From a virus (taxonomy: Duplodnaviria > Caudoviricetes), in the IMG/VR virus record IMGVR_UViG_3300037419_000652, positions 1 through 42,357 of that record: a DNA stretch of 42,357 nt; one strand, 5' to 3'. Position 1 is the first letter of the stretch; each line of letters starts with the position of its first letter. This document shows, piece after piece, positions 34,510 to 42,357 of the stretch. The notes beneath the pieces were generated by a model. It saw only the letters and a program-made list of their open reading frames with translations. It ran no database searches and was not told the origin of the DNA. The translations under genes and the position numbers were made by a program.

Positions 34510-35913
34510 ATGAAGCGAGCATTGTTCACCATCATGCCACTGATCGTCACCGTAGCGCTAGCCTTGTCGGTCGTCCTCTCGCCCAGGCCAGCGCAAGCGG
34601 CGACAACGGTGTGGTCTGACTCGCTCGCTGAGGTCGGTATGCCGAGCGCGCCGGCGATGTGGCAGCCGAGCAACTGGGATGTGCAGATCCACACGCGTGA
34701 CATGAACCAAACCGGCGATAGCATCATGGCACAGCAGGCGGACCATGGCGCGGATTGCAGCGCGCCACCAGCCCAGCATCAGATCAGTACCTGGCAGCAA
34801 GCCGTATTCGTGTGCCATAGCCACGTGATGACCGCTATCGCTGACGAGGGTTACGGTGAGGTGGCGCTGACGCCTGACCGCATGGCGGACTGGAGCGCAG
34901 GGCCGGTCACCATCGGGTTCAGCGTGTCTACAACCCATCTGAGCCAGCGCGATTGGTGGGCGCTGGACGTGTCGCCCTTTGCTGAGCAGTTGGCGTTGCC
35001 ATTTGACGAGGGCGGCGTAGACCTTGCGGGCATGCCGCGTCACTTCATCGAGGTACGCTCCGACAACTGCGGCAATGACACATTGTTCCGGGTGGCGCGT
35101 GAGTTGCCTGGCGCGACTGGCGATGATTCGAGTTGGGGCGATGAACTGTCCCATTCTGGCTGCCTGCGTGATTTCGGTATCCAGCCAAGTCCAACGGTGC
35201 GGACGCCATTCGAGTTGGTGGTTTCGCAAACCGGCTACATCTTCCGCATCAAAGGCGGCGCGACACTGACCCAAGGCAACTGGGCGCATCCGCTGGCGTT
35301 CTCTCAGGGCGTGGTCCAATTCATTCATCATAGCTACAACCCAATGAAGTGCGACGGATGCAAGCCTGACACCTGGCATTGGAGCGACTTCTCGATCTCC
35401 AGCGCCGTCCAGTACACGCTGCTACGCCCAACAGACCATCAGGTGGTCACTTCACCCGGCGGGACGGTCTCTTGGGCTTCTCCTGCGCCTACAGGGGCAT
35501 ATCTGAAGTTCGCGGGCATCGGCGCGATTCAGGTCAGCTATGACGGTGGCGCGCACTACCACGTGCCAGCCAAGCCGCCAATGGATGCGATCCTGAGCGA
35601 CCATCCTGAACACTTCACCAACTATCTGGACCCGGTTCCTGCTGGCACGCAGAAGGTTCTGCTGAAAGTGAGTAGTGGCGGTATGGCGCGTGACTTCAGC
35701 GTCGTGAGCCTGTCATCAACTGGCGGTCCACCCCCACCGACACCTACTCCGACGAATACGCCTATCCCGCCAACTCCCACGCCGGTTGCACCGACGCCTA
35801 CACCTTCGCCCATCCCCAGCCCGACACCGCAGCAGTATGACGGACCCTGCACGGTCATTCTCAACAATCAGCCCGTAACCGGCTTCTGTTCCGGCACGTT
35901 CACGCCAAGTTAG
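34510..35913 (+). CDS. Secreted protein with signal peptide and Pro/Thr linker
   Basis: MKRALF...PAQAA signal peptide; PT-rich stretch at about 35722-35832; RBS AAGGA. Confidence 0.75.
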   Translation: MKRALFTIMPLIVTVALALSVVLSPRPAQAATTVWSDSLAEVGMPSAPAMWQPSNWDVQIHTRDMNQTGDSIMAQQADHGADCSAPPAQHQISTWQQAVFVCHSHVMTAIADEGYGEVALTPDRMADWSAGPVTIGFSVSTTHLSQRDWWALDVSPFAEQLALPFDEGGVDLAGMPRHFIEVRSDNCGNDTLFRVARELPGATGDDSSWGDELSHSGCLRDFGIQPSPTVRTPFELVVSQTGYIFRIKGGATLTQGNWAHPLAFSQGVVQFIHHSYNPMKCDGCKPDTWHWSDFSISSAVQYTLLRPTDHQVVTSPGGTVSWASPAPTGAYLKFAGIGAIQVSYDGGAHYHVPAKPPMDAILSDHPEHFTNYLDPVPAGTQKVLLKVSSGGMARDFSVVSLSSTGGPPPPTPTPTNTPIPPTPTPVAPTPTPSPIPSPTPQQYDGPCTVILNNQPVTGFCSGTFTPS

Positions 35914-35928
35914 GAAAGGTAGCCAGCC

Positions 35929-36366
35929 ATGGCCGCACAGGCGTTCTCGGATTACTTCGAGGACAAGATACTCAACTGGTTCAAAGGTTCCGCGTTTCCC
36001 ACGCAACCCACAAACCTCTTCGTCGGGCTGTTCACCGCGCTACCAGGCGATACTGGCAGTGGCGGAGCGCCGTCCGATGGCACGGAGGCAACCGGCAACG
36101 GCTATGCGCGCGTGTCCATTACGGCGGCCTCGGCATGGTCCGCGATCTCCACGGTGAACACGACCCAGCGCCACATCACGAACTCGGCGCAGATCACGTT
36201 CCCAGCAGCGTCCGGCGGATGGGGCGGCAATATCGTCGGCTGGGGCATCTGGGATGCGTCCTCGGCGGGCAATCTGCTCTTCTATGGCACGACGACCTCA
36301 TTCGCAGTCATCAACGGGATGACGCCGTTCCTGGCCGCCGCCGCCGTTGATGTGGGCGTAGACTAG
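35929..36366 (+). CDS. Virion structural protein ('SDYxE..L' family)
   Basis: 'FSDYFEDKILNW...LFVGLFT...E..GNGYARV...ITFP.A...WG...GIWDA..GNLLF'. Confidence 0.7.
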   Translation: MAAQAFSDYFEDKILNWFKGSAFPTQPTNLFVGLFTALPGDTGSGGAPSDGTEATGNGYARVSITAASAWSAISTVNTTQRHITNSAQITFPAASGGWGGNIVGWGIWDASSAGNLLFYGTTTSFAVINGMTPFLAAAAVDVGVD

Positions 36367-36388
36367 CGCCTAGAAAGGTCGTGCGGTC

Positions 36389-36865
36389 ATGGCCGCGATT
36401 CAAGAGTCAGCCTTCCGTACCGCTGTGCTCGTGTTGTCTGGCACGTCAGAACTCAACTCCCTCGCCAACAACAACGTTGGCGCTATCACCGGCACTGGAT
36501 CAGGAACGGTACTCGATAACACGGGCAACAAAGATATCGTGTGCGTTTTCGAGCTACAGACTGGCACGCTTGGCGCGGGGCCGACTGCTGGCGCGGTGTT
36601 CGAGCTGCATATGTACCCGTCGTTTGATGGTGCGAACTATGCCACATCCCTGTCTGCTGGCGCGACACTGCCGAATGATCCGCCAATTGGCTTGTTCGTC
36701 GTCAACGGCACCGGCACGAGTCAGCGTCTACCGCTGAATGGTGGAGCGCCAGTGACTATCCCGCCAGGCAAATACAAGTTTGCTCTTGTCAACCGGTGCG
36801 GGCAGGCGCTACCTGCGTCTGGCGCGGCTGTCAACGCCTACGCCTTCAGCTACACGAGTATTTAG
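36389..36865 (+). CDS. Putative virion structural protein
   Basis: G/T/A-rich beta protein within the same cluster. Confidence 0.55.
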   Translation: MAAIQESAFRTAVLVLSGTSELNSLANNNVGAITGTGSGTVLDNTGNKDIVCVFELQTGTLGAGPTAGAVFELHMYPSFDGANYATSLSAGATLPNDPPIGLFVVNGTGTSQRLPLNGGAPVTIPPGKYKFALVNRCGQALPASGAAVNAYAFSYTSI

Positions 36866-36878
36866 CGGTTAGGCGGGT

Positions 36879-38396
36879 TTGCCCATGCCGTCTGTGTTGG
36901 TCGCCCCTCGGCACCGTTGGATCAAGCCGGGTGGCGACCTGATCCTTGACCGCACGCACCCGCTTGCGTACGGGCTGATATCCGCTTTCCTCTTGCATGA
37001 GGGAAGCGGCGTCACCGTGCGTGACCTCGCCAAGCCGAGTCGCACGTCTACGCTGGCCGCTGGCGCATCATGGACGAAGACGCCCTATGGCTTGGCGGTC
37101 GTGCCCTCGTCCACTGCCGCGCAGAAAAATACATTCAGCGATAACCCAACAACCAAAGGCGCGCCATTCACCGTCGAAGTCATGTTGAAACACACCGGCT
37201 CCGATGCGACGTTTGCGGCGATCATCACTGACCTGACCACCTGGGGCTGCTATGTTCACGGCAACAAGCTGGATCTGGACGGCGGCGCTGATCCTGATAG
37301 CACCGGCTCGCTGACGACTGGTAATTTCTACCATTGCGTCTGGTATTGGGATGGTTCGAACGCGGGCTATGCGATCAACGGTCTGCGTGACGCGGGCGGT
37401 GGCTCGAACACCGGTATCACGAATCCAGCGGTTTTCACCGGCTGGGGCGGCGATGGGACCAACCCGGCGCAAAACAACACGATCCTGTGGTTTCGCGTGT
37501 GGGAACGCGTGCTGGCCGATGTGGAAACGACGGCGTTGTATGTTGATCCGTTCGGGATGTTCCGCTCGCCTTCGCAGGATGCGCTTTCACTCGCGGTGGC
37601 GGCTAGCCGTCCGTCGGTCATCTGGACGCCGCCGATACATCTTTTCTCGCCTCCAAGTGGCGGCAGTGGCGCAATCACGGCACAGCCAGGCGTGGGTATC
37701 GGCATTGGGCCAAATGCGCTGGTCAGTTCAACTTATCAGGTCGCTGCGACCGCTGGCGTTGGTATTGGCGTCGCCCAAAACGCGACTGTCCAGACCACCT
37801 ACAGTATCCAGGCGCAACCGGGTGTCGGAATTGGGGTCAGTCAGAACGCGCTGGTGAAGACGAATTACCAAATCGCGCCAGTGGCTGGTGTTGGCATTGG
37901 GGTGGCGCCCAATGCGCTCGTCTCGACCTCGTATCAGATCGCGCCTGCCGCTGGCCTGGGCATTGGCATCGCGCAGAATGCTCTGGTCTCCTCCACATAT
38001 ACGATAGCAGCCCTCGCCGGTGTCGGTATCGGTGTCATGTGGAATGCGACGCTCTCTGGCAATCAGAACCAGATCCAGGCGCAGGCGGGCGTCGGGGTCG
38101 GCATCGCTCAGAATATCCTTGTGCAGCAAACCTATCAGATCGCTGCCCAGGCCGCGCAGGGATACGGCTTCGCACAGAACGCGCTTGTGCAGCAGCAATA
38201 CCGAATTGCGGCGCTGGCTGGACTGGCTATCGGCATAGCGCAGAACGCCACATTGCAATCGGGCTTGGGCGCGAACAATCCGCCACCCGTCGCCACCATT
38301 AGTCCGAACGCGCCAGTCGTCCAGACAGGCAGCGTCGCATCCAACATCCCAGCCGCCAGTGTCAGCGCCAGCGCGCCTATCGCCAGCAAGGAGTGA
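36879..38396 (+). CDS. LamG/ConA-like lectin-domain protein with 22-aa tandem repeats
   Basis: 'HPLAYGL...LHEGSG...D', 'FYHCVW.WDG', 'FRVWERVL..E'; 9 repeats; start may be ATG 36885. Confidence 0.7.
   Translation: MPMPSVLVAPRHRWIKPGGDLILDRTHPLAYGLISAFLLHEGSGVTVRDLAKPSRTSTLAAGASWTKTPYGLAVVPSSTAAQKNTFSDNPTTKGAPFTVEVMLKHTGSDATFAAIITDLTTWGCYVHGNKLDLDGGADPDSTGSLTTGNFYHCVWYWDGSNAGYAINGLRDAGGGSNTGITNPAVFTGWGGDGTNPAQNNTILWFRVWERVLADVETTALYVDPFGMFRSPSQDALSLAVAASRPSVIWTPPIHLFSPPSGGSGAITAQPGVGIGIGPNALVSSTYQVAATAGVGIGVAQNATVQTTYSIQAQPGVGIGVSQNALVKTNYQIAPVAGVGIGVAPNALVSTSYQIAPAAGLGIGIAQNALVSSTYTIAALAGVGIGVMWNATLSGNQNQIQAQAGVGVGIAQNILVQQTYQIAAQAAQGYGFAQNALVQQQYRIAALAGLAIGIAQNATLQSGLGANNPPPVATISPNAPVVQTGSVASNIPAASVSASAPIASKE
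37671..38262 (+). repeat. Nine degenerate 66-bp (22-aa) coding repeats
   Basis: Consensus about QIAAQAGVGIGIAQNALVxxTY. Confidence 0.85.
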
Positions 38397-38584
38397 GCAT
38401 GACGGAAGAAGAGCCGATGGTTTGGCAGCCAGTGATGCTTGTGGTTTCAAAGCGCATTGAATGCGGCTGTGGCGCGAAGGCTGTATTTGTCGTGCTCGAT
38501 GACAACAGCGACGCGTCCAGCGACTACGGCTACACGGGCTGGTGTCAGGACTGCTGGCGGCGTGAGCAGGAAAGCATGGAATAG
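38393..38584 (+). CDS. Small Zn-binding protein
   Basis: CGCG...WCQDC; RBS AAGGAG. Confidence 0.6.
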   Translation: MSMTEEEPMVWQPVMLVVSKRIECGCGAKAVFVVLDDNSDASSDYGYTGWCQDCWRREQESME

Positions 38585-38593
38585 GAGCCACCT

Positions 38594-38962
38594 ATGCAGG
38601 GATCCGTTCTCGATATGCGTCGTGGCGACACGATGAAATGGACGTTCAACGTCACCGATCCCAACAGCGCGGGCTACTCGCAGACGCTGAGCGGCGCCAC
38701 CGTCTATTTCACTGCCAAACGTGACCGCTCAGACGCCGACGCCGACGCGGTATTCACGAAAAACTGCACGATCATCCAGAACGGCTCGTCGAGCACGCCG
38801 GGCATCGTGACGGCGCAGCTCGCGCAGGTGGATACGACTGGACTGCCCGCGTACGATCTCGCGCTCTACTGGGATCTCGTGGTGGTGGATGGCGCGAGCA
38901 ACCACTACACAGCAGCCAGCGGCGTGCTGAACGTGTTCGCCGACGTGAAGACGGCGCAGTGA
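38594..38962 (+). CDS. BppU N-terminal-like adaptor domain protein
   Basis: 'RRGDT...LSGATVYFTAK...G.V...L...DT.......WDL...G.L.V'. Confidence 0.6.
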   Translation: MQGSVLDMRRGDTMKWTFNVTDPNSAGYSQTLSGATVYFTAKRDRSDADADAVFTKNCTIIQNGSSSTPGIVTAQLAQVDTTGLPAYDLALYWDLVVVDGASNHYTAASGVLNVFADVKTAQ

Positions 38963-38971
38963 GGAGGAAGC

Positions 38972-39223
38972 ATGGGTGATGAAGAGGCCAACTGGCCTAA
39001 CTGGACATTCTGGCGTGTCTTCACAGCCAACCTTCAATCAACGTGGTGGGGCATCGAGCACTGGCTGCTTACGAAGGTGCTGCGCAAGGAGTTCTGCAAG
39101 TCCTGTAGCGGCTACTTCCACGCCAACACGACTGTGGCAGGCAAGTGTGAGCAATGCTTTGTCAATCAGGCTAGTCGGGGGCGTGAGATATGGCAACCGC
39201 CTAACGCTCCTGTAACGCGCTGA
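38972..39223 (+). CDS. Small Trp-rich Zn-finger protein (similar to 34262-34495)
   Basis: CKSCSGYF...CEQCF; RBS GAGGAGG. Confidence 0.6.
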   Translation: MGDEEANWPNWTFWRVFTANLQSTWWGIEHWLLTKVLRKEFCKSCSGYFHANTTVAGKCEQCFVNQASRGREIWQPPNAPVTR

Positions 39224-39254
39224 GAAGGTCAAGAAGGCGCCTCGGAAGGCAAAC

Positions 39255-40085
39255 ATGGCTGGAATTACCCGTCTCGCAAAATCGCATCGTAGCGAGCAAG
39301 TTGCCCAAGATCGGGCCACACTGCGCCAACTCACAGACGACTATCTCGCCGTCTGGCGGTCTGTGCGCGCAGATCTCGACGAGCTGAACCACCAGATTAG
39401 CGAGGCGCGACAAGCGGGCAAGACAGTCTCACCATCCTGGCTGTACCGGCAGGAACGCTACAAGGCGCTGCTGAGCGGGATCCAGCAGCGTGTGAGCAGC
39501 TTCACCGACGCAGCGAGTCGTCGCATCGCTGGCGAGATGATGCGCGCCTCTGCGGACGGTGGCCGTGACGCGATGTCGCTGTTGCACGCAAGCCTGCCAG
39601 CGGGTGTGTCCTACGCCTTCACCGCGCCACCACTGGCCGCATTCGAGCAGCTATCCACAGCCACGCTCGGCAAACTGTTTGCTGGATTCGGGCGCGAGGC
39701 GGCGCTGAAGGTGCGGCAGGCGCTGCTACAAGGAATCGCGCGCGGGCAGTCGCCTGCCGTAATCGCCAGGAGCGTGCGTGAGGCGATGGGCGGCCCGCTG
39801 TGGAAGGCGCTGAGGATATCGCGTACGGAAGTTCTCAATGCGTATCGTCGCTCGTCAGCCGAAACGTATAGAAGCAACGCGGCGGTGCTTGACGGTTGGA
39901 TATGGACGGCGGGGCCTTCGCCATGTCCGTTCTGTGCAGACCATGCGGACAAGACGTATTCGCTAGACGAGAGTCTAGACGCGATGACCCATCCTCAGTG
40001 TAGATGTGTAAGCAGGCCAGCAGTAAAGCCGTGGTCTGAGATATTGCCCGGCGTTGACATGTCGCAGTTCCCTGAGTTGGCATAG
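39255..40085 (+). CDS. Minor head protein (SPP1 gp7 / Mu F-like)
   Basis: 'RISRTE', 'W.W...CPFC', 'HPQCRC'. Confidence 0.9.
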   Translation: MAGITRLAKSHRSEQVAQDRATLRQLTDDYLAVWRSVRADLDELNHQISEARQAGKTVSPSWLYRQERYKALLSGIQQRVSSFTDAASRRIAGEMMRASADGGRDAMSLLHASLPAGVSYAFTAPPLAAFEQLSTATLGKLFAGFGREAALKVRQALLQGIARGQSPAVIARSVREAMGGPLWKALRISRTEVLNAYRRSSAETYRSNAAVLDGWIWTAGPSPCPFCADHADKTYSLDESLDAMTHPQCRCVSRPAVKPWSEILPGVDMSQFPELA

Positions 40086-40139
40086 GCGCGGCCAATAAAT
40101 CGCGCTGTAATATTGTCGGATGTGATAGGATGTGGTATC

Positions 40140-40790
40140 ATGCCAGAGAACGGTGATGCGGCTGCGAACGCCCAGGCGGCGAACGACAGCCAGGCCCAGG
40201 CGGCCTCTGCGACGGGAACCCAGGCGGACCCGACGCCCCCCAATGAATCATCGTCCGTGAGCCTTGAGGATCTGAAGAAGATCCAGCGCGAGAATCAGAG
40301 TCTGCGGGCGCGACTCAAAGCTGTTGATGACGCCAAAGCCGCAGAGGAAGCGGCGAAGCTCTCAGAGCACGAGAAGACGCAAAAGGCGCTGACGGACGCG
40401 ACAGAGCAGATCAAGACGCTCAAATCGCGTATCGCGCAGCAAGCAGCGCAGTTGGAAGCAGCCAAACTGGGGATCGTTGATCCTGAAGTCGCCGCCACGC
40501 TGATTCAGTCAAAGCTAGAGCTAGACGATGACGGCGCGCCAACCAACGCAGGCGATCTGCTCGCAGCGCTTCTGAAAGAGAAGCCTTACCTCAAGGCGAC
40601 GGCAGAACCCACTCAGCAGCAGCCTCCCCGCGCCGCGATGTCCGCGACCAATGCGGGACGCGGTAGCAGCGCCGGACCCACCTACGAAGATTTGCGCGCG
40701 GGTAAATTCACCCCACAGCAGACAGCGCAGATGTGGGCAGACGGCACGATGGAAAAGCTGTTGAGCGAACACGCAGCCCGGAACAAATAA
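40140..40790 (+). CDS. Capsid scaffolding protein
   Basis: Charged coiled-coil, 'GIVDPE', 'LLKEKPYL'; upstream of the major capsid gene. Confidence 0.85.
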   Translation: MPENGDAAANAQAANDSQAQAASATGTQADPTPPNESSSVSLEDLKKIQRENQSLRARLKAVDDAKAAEEAAKLSEHEKTQKALTDATEQIKTLKSRIAQQAAQLEAAKLGIVDPEVAATLIQSKLELDDDGAPTNAGDLLAALLKEKPYLKATAEPTQQQPPRAAMSATNAGRGSSAGPTYEDLRAGKFTPQQTAQMWADGTMEKLLSEHAARNK

Positions 40791-40864
40791 GCGGCCTCGC
40801 CTGGTGAAGCGCCTACGCGCTATGGCAATCAGGGCGAGAGCCATAGTACGAGAGGCGCTTTTGT

Positions 40865-41716
40865 ATGTCTCTGAACGAATTCACACCAGAGGTGTGGTCT
40901 GGCGCGGTCCTGCTGTCGTATGAAAAGGCGCTCGTCTTCGCGGCACTGGCGGATCGCGAGTATGAGGGCGAGATCACCGGCTTTGGTGATCGCGTACACA
41001 TCAACTCGATCTCCGATCCCACCATCAGCAACTACGTCAAGGACAACGACATCAATTCGCCGGAAGCCTTGAACGCCGCCGATCAGGTGCTTGTCATTGA
41101 CCAGGCGAAGTATTTCAACTTCCAGGTCGACAGCATTGATCAGGTGCAGAACAAGCCGAAGGCGCTTGTCGCTGGCACACGCCGCGCTGGCTACAAGCTC
41201 GCCGACACAGTTGACCAGTTCATGGCAGCCCTCTACACGCAGGCGTCAGCCTCCAACGCCATCGGCTCTGAAGGTTCCCCAGTCACACCAACCGCGAACA
41301 CCGCCGGAACCGCGATGTACGAATATCTGGTGACGGCGGGCAAGAACCTCAACATCTCCAATGCGCCAACGGAAGGGCGCTGGGCTGTGCTGACCCCTGC
41401 GGCATATGCGCTGCTCCAACTGGACAACCGCTTCGTCGCCAACGGCACGCCCGCAAACATGGACGTGGTGACGAACGGCCTCGTAGGTCGCGCGGCGGGC
41501 TTCGACATCTACATGTCGAACAACGTCGCGAAGCCCACCGCCAACTACAGAATGTTGTTCGGCGTGCGTGAGGCGTGGAACTTCGCCAGCCAGATCACCG
41601 AGATGCGCGCCTATCAGCCTGAGAAGCGCTTCGCTGATGCGCTCAAAGGTCTCATGGTCTACGGCGGCAAAGTGACGCGTCCTGATGGGCTGGGAGTCAT
41701 CACCAGCACGCTCTAA
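40865..41716 (+). CDS. Major capsid protein (P22 coat-like, HK97 fold)
   Basis: 'FTPEVWS', 'YEGEI..GD.V.I', 'IDQAKYF.F.VD', 'GFDIYMSNN', 'ADALKGL.VYG.KV.RP'. Confidence 0.92.
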   Translation: MSLNEFTPEVWSGAVLLSYEKALVFAALADREYEGEITGFGDRVHINSISDPTISNYVKDNDINSPEALNAADQVLVIDQAKYFNFQVDSIDQVQNKPKALVAGTRRAGYKLADTVDQFMAALYTQASASNAIGSEGSPVTPTANTAGTAMYEYLVTAGKNLNISNAPTEGRWAVLTPAAYALLQLDNRFVANGTPANMDVVTNGLVGRAAGFDIYMSNNVAKPTANYRMLFGVREAWNFASQITEMRAYQPEKRFADALKGLMVYGGKVTRPDGLGVITSTL

Positions 41717-41782
41717 GCGCTGGATAGCGGAACGTTGTGGGGCGCTTGACTCGCTTAGGCGCTCTAGCGAAGGAACACTGAT

Positions 41783-42169
41783 ATGGCTCGCACAGCGGTC
41801 ACGACCACGACACTGACCAGCGCAAAGGACGCGACGCTCACGCCTACCGCGCTTCCGGCTGGCAACGCGATTGACCCAACCAACGGCCACAACGTCGCAG
41901 GCGCATTCGCCAGCAACGATGAGTTGTTCATCTACGTTGACCACACCACGGCCTCCACGAAGGTGCTGACGGTGCGCGCTGGAAACAATCCGCCCGCTCT
42001 GCGCGCTGGCATCGGCGATCTGACGTTCACCCTGGCCGCGACGACCAAGTATTTTCTTGGCCCGTTCGAGGCGGCGCAGTTCAGCCAGGCGGATGGCTCG
42101 CTCAATCTTGACTTCGCGGCGTCCGCCACCGGGACGCTGTACGCGATCAAGATCAAGCGGGACGTGTAG
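41783..42169 (+). CDS. Putative capsid decoration / ancillary protein
   Basis: Immediately after the major capsid gene; 'GPF...F.Q.DG...DF' motif; RBS AAGGA. Confidence 0.6.
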   Translation: MARTAVTTTTLTSAKDATLTPTALPAGNAIDPTNGHNVAGAFASNDELFIYVDHTTASTKVLTVRAGNNPPALRAGIGDLTFTLAATTKYFLGPFEAAQFSQADGSLNLDFAASATGTLYAIKIKRDV

Positions 42170-42179
42170 GGCAATTCCC

Positions 42180-42357
42180 ATGTGGGTCAAGTCCAAGCGC
42201 GACGGCGGCGTGCAGTTCTTCCCAGATGACTGGGCGTACACCGCCTATCACATGGCGTCTGGCCTCTTCGAGGAGATCCCAGATCCAACCGTGAGTGAAC
42301 CCGTTGCGCCTGTAGGGCCTGCTGAGGAAGTGGCCCCGGCGGCTGTCCCGGAGGCGC
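42180..42357 (+). CDS. 5' part of the junction-spanning small protein (continues at 1-210)
   Basis: ATG 42180 is in frame with position 1. Confidence 0.7.
   Translation, partial: MWVKSKRDGGVQFFPDDWAYTAYHMASGLFEEIPDPTVSEPVAPVGPAEEVAPAAVPEA
42216..42341. repeat. Terminal direct repeat, copy 2
   Basis: Identical to 1-126. Confidence 0.95.

Noticed and set aside
37671-38262. CRISPR array or DGR template/variable repeats
   Set aside because: The repeats are degenerate in-frame 66-bp coding units with no spacers; no cas or reverse transcriptase gene was recognised
41246-42241. Long antisense ORFs (also 37728-38591, 34558-35379, 12540-13289, 30403-31122, 6307-7032)
   Set aside because: Shadow frames of GC-rich genuine genes, with no recognisable motifs
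1-42357. Alternative genetic code (stop-codon reassignment)
   Set aside because: Core genes are intact and tightly packed under code 11, using TAG, TGA and TAA as stops; no suppressor tRNA

Overview
The window is an apparently complete, circularly permuted temperate tailed-phage genome of about 42.2 kb. Bases 1-126 recur at 42216-42341. The layout is siphovirus-like: tail tube, a chaperone with a -1 frameshift and a tape measure protein, with no sheath gene recognised. Modules in order: head-tail joining and tail (214-11646), lysis (11671-14054), a dense non-coding RNA island (14094-14643), a leftward accessory region (14642-18444), tyrosine integrase with an HTH regulator and divergent promoters (18912-20342), an early/replication operon with RecT, a nuclease, a sigma-70 factor, a primase-polymerase/helicase and a palindromic origin (20390-29551), then packaging and head genes with an unusual ~6 kb insertion between portal and minor head protein (29709-42357). 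The endolysin C-terminal repeat and a Pro/Thr-linker secreted protein suggest a Chloroflexota host, possibly Ktedonobacteria (inference). The most unusual signals are four. (1) Two tandem tRNA-shaped RNAs with no usable anticodon, one with a long K-turn-containing arm, followed by a third structured RNA. (2) A shared ECF-sigma-type promoter and 5' hairpin cassette ahead of two antisense membrane-protein genes in the tail operon; the promoter recurs at the RNA island. (3) A duplicated, covarying antisense RNA motif in the leftward region. (4) A GH5-like glycosidase fused to the tail hub protein. All calls come from manual reading; no database searches or folding programs were run.
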